Below are positions 1 through 10,639 of a stretch of 64,000 nt of DNA, piece after piece (position 1 is the first letter of the stretch; the number at the start of each line of letters is the position of its first letter). The stretch comes from Callorhinchus milii. Its lineage: Eukaryota. The position numbers were made by a program, and so were the translations under genes. A model generated the notes under the pieces. That model had not been told where the DNA came from. It did not search any database and saw only the letters and a list, made by a program, of their open reading frames with translations. The stretch lies in assembly GCF_018977255.1 (NCBI RefSeq), contig NW_024704743.1, positions 33,916,001 to 33,980,000 of the forward strand, written 5' to 3'.

Positions 1-344
1 TATCTCCATTTAAACATCTTAATCGATTCTACTTCTGAAACCAACCTCTTTTCTGGGTGCCTGAGCTGCGAGGGTAGCCAATTACTCCTTGACCAAACTG
101 GCTCCTTTTTTTGAATAGTACCTGTCGATCTTTAACATCCATCTGAAAAGGTAAACAGGAGCTCAGTTTATTGCCCAATTTGTTGATTACATTTTCTGTG
201 TAGAATCTGAACATTGAGCATTTCCCACATTGATTGTTCGCTTCATGGCTGTTTGTGGGACATTGATGTGTGCAAATTGGCTGCCTCGTTTGCCTACAAA
301 ATACAGCTAAGCAACTAAACTGCGCATGATCGTCAAGTGTTCAC

Positions 345-535
345 CTGCTTCAGTTGGTAGCACTCTCGCCTCTGAGTCAAAAAGGAGTGGGTTCACTTCT
401 CAGCGCAAACTGGCTGCTACGTTCGCCTACAAAATACGGTCACTACACTTTACAGTACATCCTGTGAAGCGCTTTGCGATGTCCTCCCGATGTGAAGGGC
501 ACAAAATCAATTGTAAGAATTATTATTATTTTATT
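345..535 (+). mobile_element. Older Deu-domain SINE (family B, SacSINE1-like), internally deleted
   Basis: Head ttcagttggtagcactctcgcctctgagtca; Deu-like gcgcaaactggctgctacgttcgcc; tail gtgaagcgctttgcgatgtcctcccgatgtgaagggcac...(ATT)n. Confidence 0.75.
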
Positions 536-1465
536 ATAGCGGATGCAGCCAACACTCTTTACAAATATTTTACTATGGTTCACACTCAGCTGAGTTACGC
601 TACTCTTCTCTGTCATTTCTCCCTCAGCTCTTCTTTATATTTACATAATATGGGAATAACAAGTGGCGATGGATTTAATAGATCATTCAGAAGGATGAAA
701 ATCTTATCTATTTGGTGAAACTGCTGGTTGCAGAATCCAAGCTTTATAGAGAAAATTACGTTTCCTCAGGATTGACAACATTTTCAAGCATAAAAGTCTG
801 CAAAGTGAACTGCTCATGTGTAACCACCTGGTCAGTAATTATGAGAACTGCTATAAAGAAACACTATGATTAGTTTTGGTGGATAGTTGTTTTCAAAGCT
901 GTGCATGTGTGGTAAAGTAAGAACCGTACAAGCAGATCAAATGGAAAGCCTGAAGATTGCAATCTGTTTTACAAACTGGCCTTTCTGCCATCCCTTTAAA
1001 GCGGAAACACCTCACAGTATAGCAATGTAAGGTAGGCAATCCAATTTTGGCTCCCTGTTCCACATCCCATCATATCACTTCGGGGCTGTTTGTGGAACAT
1101 TGCTGTGCGCTTACTCTTTGACTACAAAATGCACAGTTACTACACATCACAGTAAATCTCTGCTGGTCTGGGACCAGGCCTAGGGCTCATGACCAGCCCG
1201 AAGTTGGTTAATGTTTAGAATGGGAGAAGGGGTTGTTGTGAGTGCGTGGATCTGTAAGAGGAGTGGCAGACACCCAGGTGCTTGCACCCCTCTGTGGTTG
1301 TGGTGTTACTAGTATGGATTAATAATAATAATCCTTGCATTTGATATAACGCCTTGTCGGGTCTTCGAGACATTTCATAGTGCTTGAAAACCGAGAAGAA
1401 AGTAAGCCCGTGTTGGTGTCATATGAGAGTCTCTGTGTGTCCGTATCCACCTGGGGGGGGGGTGG

Positions 1466-1643
1466 GGGGTCTGCTCCACACAATCTTTAAATCTGCACCT
1501 TAAGATCTAGCTCTTCAACCCTGTCTATGATCACCTCCTCCCTCCCTCTTCTTCCTAGCTCAGCGCCCAACTCCGCCACTGTACTACACGCCAAGATACG
1601 ATCCTGCATGAAAAGTGCTACATAAATCCAAGTTGTTGTTGTT
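1466..1643 (+). mobile_element. L2 LINE 3' end fragment
   Basis: Resembles the 3' end of the long L2 (14080-14234); ends ataaatccaagttgttgttgtt. Confidence 0.7.
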
Positions 1644-2289
1644 ACATAAGAAATGTCAAACAACAAAAATGTCCATTGCCATTGCCTGTTTACGGTTACT
1701 CCTCCTGAGCTTATATCAGTTTCTGTCTCTAAAACCAACTTAGCACCATGTGAATAGGCCTGAGAATTTGGGTCCTTGTTCCAAGCACCTTATTAAAGGT
1801 TCACTTATGAACCTATCTTGCATTACCTGCACTGCTCCTTCCCTCAGGGACCCACCAGAAAAGCTCAACTTGCTACTGGACCTATTGTAGAGCATCTCCC
1901 CAACAATCAATACCCACCCATCCAATAACAGCCTTTTGGCACCAAAATAGTTTTAATTTCAGGCGTGTTATTTGGCCCTTATTTGAAACATCCAGTGGAG
2001 TTAACAATGAACAGTGAAATTCACTATTTGAACTTTCATGAAAAGAGTGCTAACTTTTATTTCCCCATTGCAATTCCATAGGCGGCAAAATCTAGTACAG
2101 ACACGTTAATTTCACACCATCCTTTGGCAGACGTTAATGAGAACTCACAGGGTGTAAGCCAAAAGCAGGAAGTGTTACACTGGAAGAGAGCAGTGACGGT
2201 AAGTACCAGAAACCCCTCCATTGCTTCTATAGAATTCAATAAGTTGCACAATCAACTCCTTTGTTCCCTGAATGCTTTTTTGATCTCAT

Positions 2290-2400
2290 AATAATAATCC
2301 TTGCATTTGATATAGCTCCTTATCACATTCTCGAGACGTCCCAAAGCGCTTCACAGAATATACTGTAAAGTGAATTGACTGTACATTTTTGTGGGTGAAA
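2290..2400 (-). mobile_element. Young SINE (family A) 3' fragment
   Basis: ataataatccttgcatttgatatagc...aaagcgcttcacagaatatactgtaaagtgaattgactg is the reverse complement of the family A tail. Confidence 0.8.
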
Positions 2401-2508
2401 CAATTCCAAATAATGGCCCACAATTCCACCTAGTCTTAACCCGTAAGATCATTTTGACGTAAAATTTAATGTTGCGAAGAATTATGGTAAATTCTTCAAT
2501 GTAGTCTT

Positions 2509-4380
2509 ATTAGAATACATTAGAATATACAGCACAGAAACAGGCCATTCGGCCCAACTGGTCTGCGCCAGTGTTTATGCTCCACTTGAGCCTCCTCCTG
2601 CCCTTCCTCAACTAAACCTTCAAGCATAAACTTCTATTTCTTTCTCCCTCATGTATCTATCTATCGCCTGGCAAGCGAGAGACCTGGGTTCAATTCCTGG
2701 CAGGGTAAAACCTTGGGCAAGTTTCCTTACTCCACACGCCTGATAATAATCTCTCGAAAAAAACAATACTAATTTGGTCACTTCAATCCATGACTGTTTG
2801 TGGGACACTGCTGTGTGCAATTGGCTGCCACGTTTTGCCCACAAATATACAGTCAATTCACTTTACAGTATATTCTATGAAGCGCTTTGAGATGTCTGGA
2901 AGATGTGAAAAGCGCTATGCCAAATGCAAGCATTACTATTATTATTATTATTATTATTATTATCGAGCTTTCCCTTAAATACATCTATGCTATTTGCCTC
3001 AAAAACTCCTTGTGGTAGCTTGTTCCACATTCCCACTACTCTCTGTGTGAAAAAAATTCTTCTAACTTCCCTATTTGAACTATTTGTGATGATTTTATAT
3101 TGATGGCCCCTGGTTTTGGTCTCCCCCACAAGTGGAAACATCTTCCCTATGTCTACCCTATCAAAACCTTTCATAATTTTAAAGACCTCTATCAGGTCAC
3201 CCTGACCTTCCTCTTTTCAAGAGAAAAGAGTCCAAGTATGTTCAGCCTTTCCTGACAGGTATAACCTCTCAGTTCTGGGATCATCCTTGTGAATCTCCTT
3301 TCCACCCTCTCCAGTGCCTCTACATCCCTTCTATAATGTGGGGACCAGAACTGCACACAATATTCCAAGTGTGGTCTAACCACGGTTCTATAGAAGTTTA
3401 CCATAACATTCCTGCTTTTCATTTCTATCCCTCTAGAAGTTAACCCCAATGCCTGGTTTGCTTTTTTATGGCTTTATTAACCTGCGTTGCTACTTTTAGT
3501 GAATTGTGTATGTGTACCCCTGGTCCCTTTGCTCCTCTACCCCATTTAGGTTTTTATTTTCCAGGATGTATGTGACTTCCTTATTCCTTCTACCAAAATG
3601 TACCACTTCACACTTATCTATATTGAAATGCATTTGCCATTTAAATGCCCATTCAGCAAGTTTATTAATGTCTTGCTGTAATTTATTGCAGTCCTCCTCT
3701 GTATTAACTATTCCACCCAATTTGGTATCGTCCGCAAATTTTGAAATTGTACTACTGATTCCCGAGTCCAAATCATTAATGTATATTGTGAACAACAGTG
3801 GTCCCAATACTGATCCTTGTGGAACACCACTGCCCACCCCCTACCAGTCTGAGTAGCTACACGTTACCCCTACTCTGTTTTCTGTTTTGTAGCCAGCTTG
3901 CTATCCATTCTGCTATTTTTTCCCTGACTCCACATGCTCTGACCTTAGTCATTACTCTATTATGTGGTACCTTATCGAACGTCTTTTGGAAATCTAAATA
4001 TATTATATCTACTGCATTAACCTTGTCTAGTCTTTCTGTTACCACTTCAAAGAATTCAATGAGGTTGGTCGAGCATGACCTTCCTTTTTGGAATCCGTGC
4101 CGACTATTCTTTATTATGTTTTCCATTTCTAAATGTTTTTCTATTACCTCCTTCAGTAAGTATTCCATTATCTTTCCTATCACCGATGTTAAGCTGACAG
4201 GTCTATAGTTCCCTGGGCTTGTTCCATCTCCCTTTTTAAATATAGGTTTAACATTAGGTATCCTCCAGTCCTCTGGCACTACTCCCTTTTCTAATGATTT
4301 ATTACATATGTGTAATGGTGCCTCTGCTATCTCTTCCCTCGATTCTTTTAATATACACGGATGCAATCCATCTGGACCAT
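2509..4380 (-). mobile_element. CR1-clade LINE, 5'-truncated, frameshifted ORF2 (RT and C-terminus) with 3' UTR
   Basis: ORF pieces give [79 protein letters not shown] and TRGHQYK...FFTQRVVGMWNKLP. The 3' end is at ~2509-2580. A SINE interrupts it at 2665-2963. Confidence 0.95.
2665..2963 (+). mobile_element. Young SINE (family A, short variant) nested in CR1
   Basis: Partial tRNA head (gcaagcgagagacctgggttcaattcc), aaaccttgggcaagtttccttactccacacgcc, Deu-like body and (ATT)n tail; tatcg on both sides is a possible TSD. Confidence 0.9.
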
Positions 4381-4429
4381 GGCTTCTCGATTCGAAAGCC
4401 GGTTTCTTTTCAAGAACTTCAGAAGACGT

Positions 4430-4685
4430 GTGGAGTCTCGTAGTGTAGTGGTTAGAGCACTCGTCTCGCAAGTGAGAAAACCTGGGTTCGATTCCCGGAA
4501 ACCTTAGGCAAGTTTCCTTACTCCCTACGCCTCTGTTTACCTAGCAGTAAGTAGGAACCTGGTTGTCAATCGATTGGCGGATCGCTTTTCAGTGGTAATA
4601 ATCACTATATTTTGTGAAGTGCTTTGAGATGTCACTATGATATGATTAGGCGCTATATCAATTGCAAGGATTATTATTTATTATT
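4430..4685 (+). mobile_element. Young SINE (family A, long variant; Deu segment deleted)
   Basis: A box tagtgtagtggttagagc, B box gggttcgattccc, internal tctgtttacctagcagtaagtaggaacc, tail gcaaggattattatt. Confidence 0.85.
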
Positions 4686-4711
4686 CAGATGGGATTCCAA
4701 ATTGAGGCTGA

Positions 4712-5840
4712 ATCAAACACCAAGTGCGAAGAGATCCTTGACTTCTTCGCCTCAAATATTGAAATCATCCACTTGACTGCATCATCCTCCCCCACCCCCC
4801 CATGTCGCCTTCCACCCCACCGAGACCATCCACACCACCTTCTCCCTCCACCACGGCTCCTGCCACTCCTCCCTCCGTACACCCCTTTGCCCCCATTTCT
4901 CCCTCCTCCCTCTCAACCACAATCATCCACATGAAGTTCATCACCTGCTGCCTCGACCCCCTCCCCACCCAGCTGCTAGTCAATCAACTTCCCCTCCTTG
5001 CCTCTCCGCTGGCCGACATGGTCAACCAGTCTCTTTCTTCAGGCTCTGTTCCACTCCCCCTGAAAACCACTGTTATCACACCCTTCGTCAAAAAACCCAC
5101 CCTCAATCCCTCTAAATTCGCACACTACCATCCCATTTCCAACCTACCCTTCCTTGCTAAAGTCCTGGAATGCATTGTTGCAGGTCAACCTCGGTCACAC
5201 CTCTCCCTCCACTCCCTCCTCAAGCTCCTGCAGTCTGGTTTTTGCCCTGCCCACAGCACAGGGACAGTGCTTGTCAAAGTCACAAATGATGTCCTCTCTA
5301 TCTACGGCCAGGGCTCCCTCTGCCTCCTCATCCTCCTGGATAATAATAAATAATCCTTGCATTTGATATAGCGTTTTTCACATCTTCTAGACGTCTCAAA
5401 GCGTTTCACAGAATGTACTGTAAAGTGAATTGACTATATATTTGTGGGCGAAACGCGGCAGCCAATTGCCCACAGCAGTGTCCCACAAACAGTCGTGGAT
5501 TGAAGTGACTGTTTTTTGTTTTTTTTCTTGAGGGATTATTATCAGGCATGTGGATTAAGGAAACTTGCCCAAGGTTTTGCCCTGCCGGGAATCAAGCCCA
5601 AGTTTCTCGCTTGCGATGCAAGTGCGCTAACCACTGAGCTACAGGGCTACGGATCTCTCTGCCTCGTTCGACACAGTCAACCACGCCTTCCTTCTTCACC
5701 GCCTCTCCTCCCTCATCCACCTAAGTAGCATCGCACTCATGTGGTTTGAGTCCTACTCAACGAACTGTCTCTATTTCATCTCGTCAAATGGTTTCTCCTC
5801 CCACCCCTGCCCGGTCAACTGTGGGGTACCCCAGGGCTCC
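4712..5840 (+). mobile_element. L2 LINE internal ORF2 fragment (RT N-terminal half), interrupted by a SINE
   Basis: TCCLDPLPT, LKTTVITP..KKPTL, YHPISNLPFLAKVLE and QSGF; ends at ggggtaccccagggctcc (GVPQGS); collinear with 12405-13210. Confidence 0.9.
5341..5649 (-). mobile_element. Young SINE (family A, short variant), full length, nested in L2
   Basis: The reverse complement starts gccctgtagctcagtggttagcgcac and ends in an (ATT)n tail; ggat flanks both sides (5338-5341 and 5651-5654), a possible TSD. Confidence 0.9.
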
Positions 5841-6689
5841 AGGGATGTAATGGACTGGCAGTATCGACTTTATTTGGTGTATCATTTCTAAATCCTTCTT
5901 TGCCTTGTCTAATAGTCCTGAAGTATAAATAAATAGTGCATTTGTCAACTAATGCCTCCATTTCCTGGATGCAGTTCTGAGAATAATAAACCTATTAACG
6001 TTTCCCTGCTTATCTTAACCAGGTCCTAATGATTTGTTTAAGGCAGTAGCAATCAAAACCCAAACATGTCTCTACTTTTTGTGAATCACCTGATTGTGCA
6101 TTAAATTGTCTTTCTAAGGATTTGAGCTGGTAATCTTGGCTGATTCTGCACTGTAGCACTGAGAAGGACTGAAATATCAGGGGAACGAGCATTTCCATGA
6201 GACATTAAGCAAAGACCTTATCTCTCTCCTCAGTTGGAGTAGGTGGATATTAAAATCCTGTGGCATTACAGTATTTCAAAGATGAGCAGGGAGTTTTAGA
6301 GGCCAGGATCATTTATCTATCTCACTGTTGCTCATGGCATGTTGCTGGCATAACTTAGTTGTTGCATTTAAATCAAATTATAAAATAAAAGTCAATACAA
6401 GGCAAAATAACTCACCATGTCAAGCAATTTTGTGACATGATAAGACACTATATCAAATGCAACTACCTTGTAGTCTCCTGTATTCGCCTTCAAATCCAGT
6501 CATAACACTTCTCTGGAAAAGTCTAAAATCCAGGTGGGCTGTTAAATGAAAGGATTATTATTATTATTATTATTACTTCACTGGGAGCATCGGCCTATTT
6601 TATGATCTCAAGTCCTAGTGTATAGCCTCAATCCATCATGTTCTGCAGCAGGGGAGAGAGAGTGACTGATCTCTCCAGACTCTTGCTAT

Positions 6690-7120
6690 GGGAAATCCTC
6701 CAAATAAAATTGATCATTCACTCCATTACTGTTTGTGGGACTTTCCTGTGTGCAAATCGATTGCCACATTTGCACAAAATACAGTCAGTACACCTTGCAG
6801 TATATCCAGTGAAGGCCATGAGATGTCTCAATGCTGACATAAAGCACTATATTAAATGCAAATATTACTATTATTATAAATATACCACGTACTATTCAGA
6901 AAGAAAAGGAAATCTCTCTTGGTGTCGTGGCCAACAAATCCTACAGTCAAATTGTTCATTCACATCCTGGCTGCTGGTGTGACATTGCTGTATGCAAATT
7001 TCGTGCCAAATTTGCTGACAAAATACAGTCACTACACATCACACTAGTTAACGTGAAGCTCTTTGAGTCATTTTGAAGTGATAAGACATCAGATCAAATG
7101 GAAGGATTATTATTATAATT
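6690..7120 (+). mobile_element. Two tandem decayed Deu-SINE 3' halves
   Basis: ctgtttgtgggactttcctgtgtgcaaat and ctggtgtgacattgctgtatgcaaatt, each followed by an aaatgcaa/ggaaggattattatt tail. Confidence 0.65.
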
Positions 7121-7667
7121 ATCTATTAGCTCCTTGTGTACATTTCAATCAATTACAATGTGCATTCAATGTTCTATATATTTGTATAGTTTTGCAAAAA
7201 AATATCTTGAAGATTTCTACACCCCTATCTTGTTATCCCAGTTCACCACATTCTGAATTAATTCCAAACTACCGAGATTGGATAAGGCTGGTGGATTGAT
7301 TTTTATGTCTGGATTTTATAAGTGAATCTGAGATAGTGGCAATTAATCTGGTTTATGCAATATTAATGTTGTTAACTCAAGTAGGTGAGATGAAACCTAA
7401 TATTTCATTCACAGCCAACAGGGTCTGGAAGAGAGCTCTGTTACAAGAAAGCAGGAAATTAACCGCAATGCCAGAACCACAGCAATAAAGCAAAACAAAA
7501 TAACAATGATAGTATCACAAAAACTGTTAACTAAACGCTTATGAATGTGTTTTCTTGGATCATCAATTTTCTGATTGCTATCTGTCTTCCCACACTCAAA
7601 TTCACGATTCAAATTCCAAACTCCTTGGGTCTGGGATTTTCCCATCAAATTTTAACTTTAGTGTGAT

Positions 7668-8200
7668 CACAGAATTACAGAAATTTACTGCACAGAAGAA
7701 GTCAATTTTACCCATCGAGTCTGGATGGGCTCTCCGAGCAAGGTGTTTGTTCATTCCCACTGCCCAACCTTATCCCCATACCTCTTCAAGCCTCTGTTTT
7801 TCTCTGTCTACTTCCCTCTTGAAAACCACAATGGATTCTGCCTTACCAGAATTTCCCATCCCAACAACTCCTGTTGTTAATTCATTTAGATGTGACCTGA
7901 CACTTCATTCTCCACTACCGGGAGCTCGAATAGGGCACGTCTGCTGTGGTTAGTGTCTCTGTAAGAGTGAATGGAGTAGCACACATCTTCTTGATTGGTG
8001 TTTCTCTGAGAGTATACAGTATGGTAACAGGCCATTCATCCCAACTAGTCCATGCTAACGTTTATACTCCACAAGAGCCTCCACTTCTTCTAATCTCCTT
8101 TCCTATATCCCTCTATTTCCTTGTCCCTCGCGTATATGTCAAGCTTCCTCTTAAATACTTTGCTGCTTTTTACTTTAATGACAGTTTCTGGCAATGCTCA
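7668..8200 (-). mobile_element. Two old CR1 3'-end fragments (about 7668-7870 and 8010-8200)
   Basis: acagaagaagtcaattttacccatcgagtc and aacaggccattcatcccaactagtcc resemble the CR1 3' terminus at 2530-2600. Confidence 0.55.
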
Positions 8201-8254
8201 CCACACTCTCCTGGCTCTTATATTTATGGCCCTTATTTTGGATTCACCAATGGG

Positions 8255-8580
8255 TGTCAGCCTGGCTTGGTTGGTACCATTTTCATCTCTGAGTCACAAG
8301 GTCATTCACTGTCATCCAAAACACAATGCTGGGGATGTGTTGCATTGCTGGAGGTGCCATCTTTTGGAAGAGATAGTCCTGTCTCCTGTTCAGATGGGAA
8401 TTAAAGATCCATATCCTTATTGAAAAGAGAAAGGAGCTTCTCCCAGTGTCTTGGCCAATAAATAAAATTGGCCATTGACTTCATGGCTGTTTATGGGACA
8501 TTGCTGTGTAAAAAATGGTTGCCGATTTCACCTACAAAATAGACTCACTGCACTTTACAGTAATTTCTGAGAAACATCCT
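8255..8580 (+). mobile_element. Older Deu-SINE (family B)
   Basis: gtcagcctggcttggttggtacc...ctctgagtcacaagg; cagatgggaattaaagatcc; ggctgtttatgggacattgctgtgt. Confidence 0.75.
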
Positions 8581-8767
8581 TGAAAATCCATGTTGCACTC
8601 TCTCAATATCCTTCATCTAGTCTTCTACATTGCCTCAGTGCCATATTAAAACCAGTAGCACATAATGCACGGCACACCATGATCGTACTTTTGTAGTCAT
8701 CGGTACTTACCTTGGGAGGTTTTCAGATACAGACCGGAAGTTATTGTCAACTTTAACGTATTTCCAC

Positions 8768-8953
8768 TTTTCTGGGGGTAATAATTCCTTAAAAAATAAT
8801 AATAATAATAATAAATTGGTCACTCAATCCACGGCTGTTTGTGGGACATTGCAGTGCGCAATTGGCTGCCGCGTTTCGTCCAGTATATTCTGAAGCGCTT
8901 TGAGACGTCTCAAAGACATGATAAGGCGCTATATCAAAATGCAAGGATTATTA
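8768..8953 (+). mobile_element. Young SINE (family A, long variant), 5'-truncated
   Basis: ttttctgggggtaataatt...ttggtcactcaatccacggctgtttgtgggacattgcagtgcgcaattggctgccgcg...gcaaggattatta. Confidence 0.85.
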
Positions 8954-9659
8954 CATATATTTCTTTATTCAGTAGCACTTTCCAGGAAACCGAAGCTATA
9001 AAATCTAAACTATTTTGATGAAGCAGGATTTTACTTTGAGCAACTTTTATTCTCACTGTGCTGTTATCTCCCCAAGTGAGTTGGAGGGTTGCTGGGGGCA
9101 TACCAAAGCCTTCAAGCAGCTGTCTTTGAGCTTTTAGTGCTTCACTTAATGCAGCATCTACCTCTGCTCCATTGGGATCTAAGAAAAGTGAAGCAGGGTT
9201 GTTTAAGTATAAGAAATCACCTCCTGCAGGTGATTCGAAAGATCTGATCATAACCTTGTGAATCTCTCTAATTAAACTGTGCTGAATTATTAATCCGTCA
9301 TTCAACATGGATCAGTTTAAAGTACATTCTGTCTTCTGGCAGATTGAACAAAAAATTATAAAATAACCTTTTCATTTAAAAAAAATTTCAAACAGAATGA
9401 AGTGCCGTGCGATTTATTGAGGTTTAAGTGTTTGAGGTTTAAAACAATTCTTGCAGCTTTTGGTTTTGTTTAGTGTCCAGACTTGGATGAGATTGACATG
9501 TTAATCGGCCACCCAGAAACAATGCAATGCTAATGTAGAAGTGGTCGGTGAGGACACTCTAAGTCCTTCCAAAGTTTGACCATTACTTAACAGCTTTCAT
9601 TTGAAAAAAAATGGCATTTACAAAATATACATTCATGGAATATTGTAAGAACAGAATTA

Positions 9660-10100
9660 CAGCAACTAGCATTTATATAGGACCCTTGATGCATGGTAGC
9701 ATCCCAGAGTGCTTGAACGGAGGAGCACGACACTGAGCTGTGGGGCTGCAGGAGGTGACTGTAGGCATGGTCGAAGAGGAAGGTCTTCAGCTGCGACCTG
9801 AAGATGGGGAAGGAGGGGGCAAAGTGAAGGGATAGAGAAAGAGTGTTCTGGAGTTTCGTGTCATAGTGGCTGAAAGGCGGCTACTGATGGTAGAACGGAG
9901 GACGTGAGCGACAATCAGGAGGCTGAAGCCAGTTGAGTGGAGCAGCGGGTAGTGGGTTGGGGAATAAGCAGTTCAAAGAGGTAGGGAGGTGCCAGGGCAA
10001 GAAGGGATTTTAAGATGAGCATGAGGATCTTGAAATCAATCTGTTTGGTAATAGGGAGCCAGTGAAGCCTGGCTAGAATTGGTGTGATTGGGGTGAGGAG
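9660..10100 (-). mobile_element. Old L2 3' fragment
   Basis: gaggatcttgaaatcaatc...gggagccagtgaagcctggc (reverse complement encodes ARLHWLP..IDFKIL); decayed tail near 9660. Confidence 0.7.
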
Positions 10101-10329
10101 TTTTCATTAAACAAAATGGCATTTACAACATACTGGGTAAACAGAGAAGAACAGGAAATTCTCCCAGTATTCTAACCATTATCTATTGGCCATTCACCAT
10201 CTCTCTGATGTTTGTCAGATGTTGCTGTCACAAATTAGCCACCGTGTTTGCCTGCAAGGAAGGTCACAACACTCCATTGTGTTAAGCACTTTGTTCCTTT
10301 TTGCATGTGATAATGATATCATATCAGAC

Positions 10330-10600
10330 TCGAGCAGAGGGCCCAGAGTGAGCTATGTCTGGAGTGAGGTGAGGCCAGAGTGAGAAGGAATTGGGTGAGA
10401 GCGGGAATTAGGTGCAGAGGGGGAAGTAGGTGTAAGGTTGTAGTATATCTTCTAAGGTAGGAGAGCGCGGGGCGGAGCCAAGGCCTAGCCATGTATATGA
10501 AGCACAGCCAAGGTGAGGAGCCACTCAGTCGGGAGCGGAGGTAAGTGAGGGGGTGGGGTGGGTGCATTTCACAAAATGATGTCAGCGTGACGTCACAGTT
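10330..10600 (+). promoter_or_regulatory. GC-rich promoter-like segment, probably a LINE 5' UTR
   Basis: GC box ggggcggagcc 10469-10479; TATA-like gtatatgaa 10493; donor-like gag|gtaagt 10540/10541; CRE tgacgtca 10588-10595. Function is inferred, not shown. Confidence 0.35.
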
Positions 10601-10639
10601 AATAAAAAAAATTATTAAAAAACCCCAGCAACAACAACA

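Noticed and set aside
4381..4402. ggcttctcgattcgaaagcc palindrome resembling the stem II/GAAA part of a Penelope-type hammerhead
   Set aside because: No CTGANGA core upstream and no Penelope ORF nearby.
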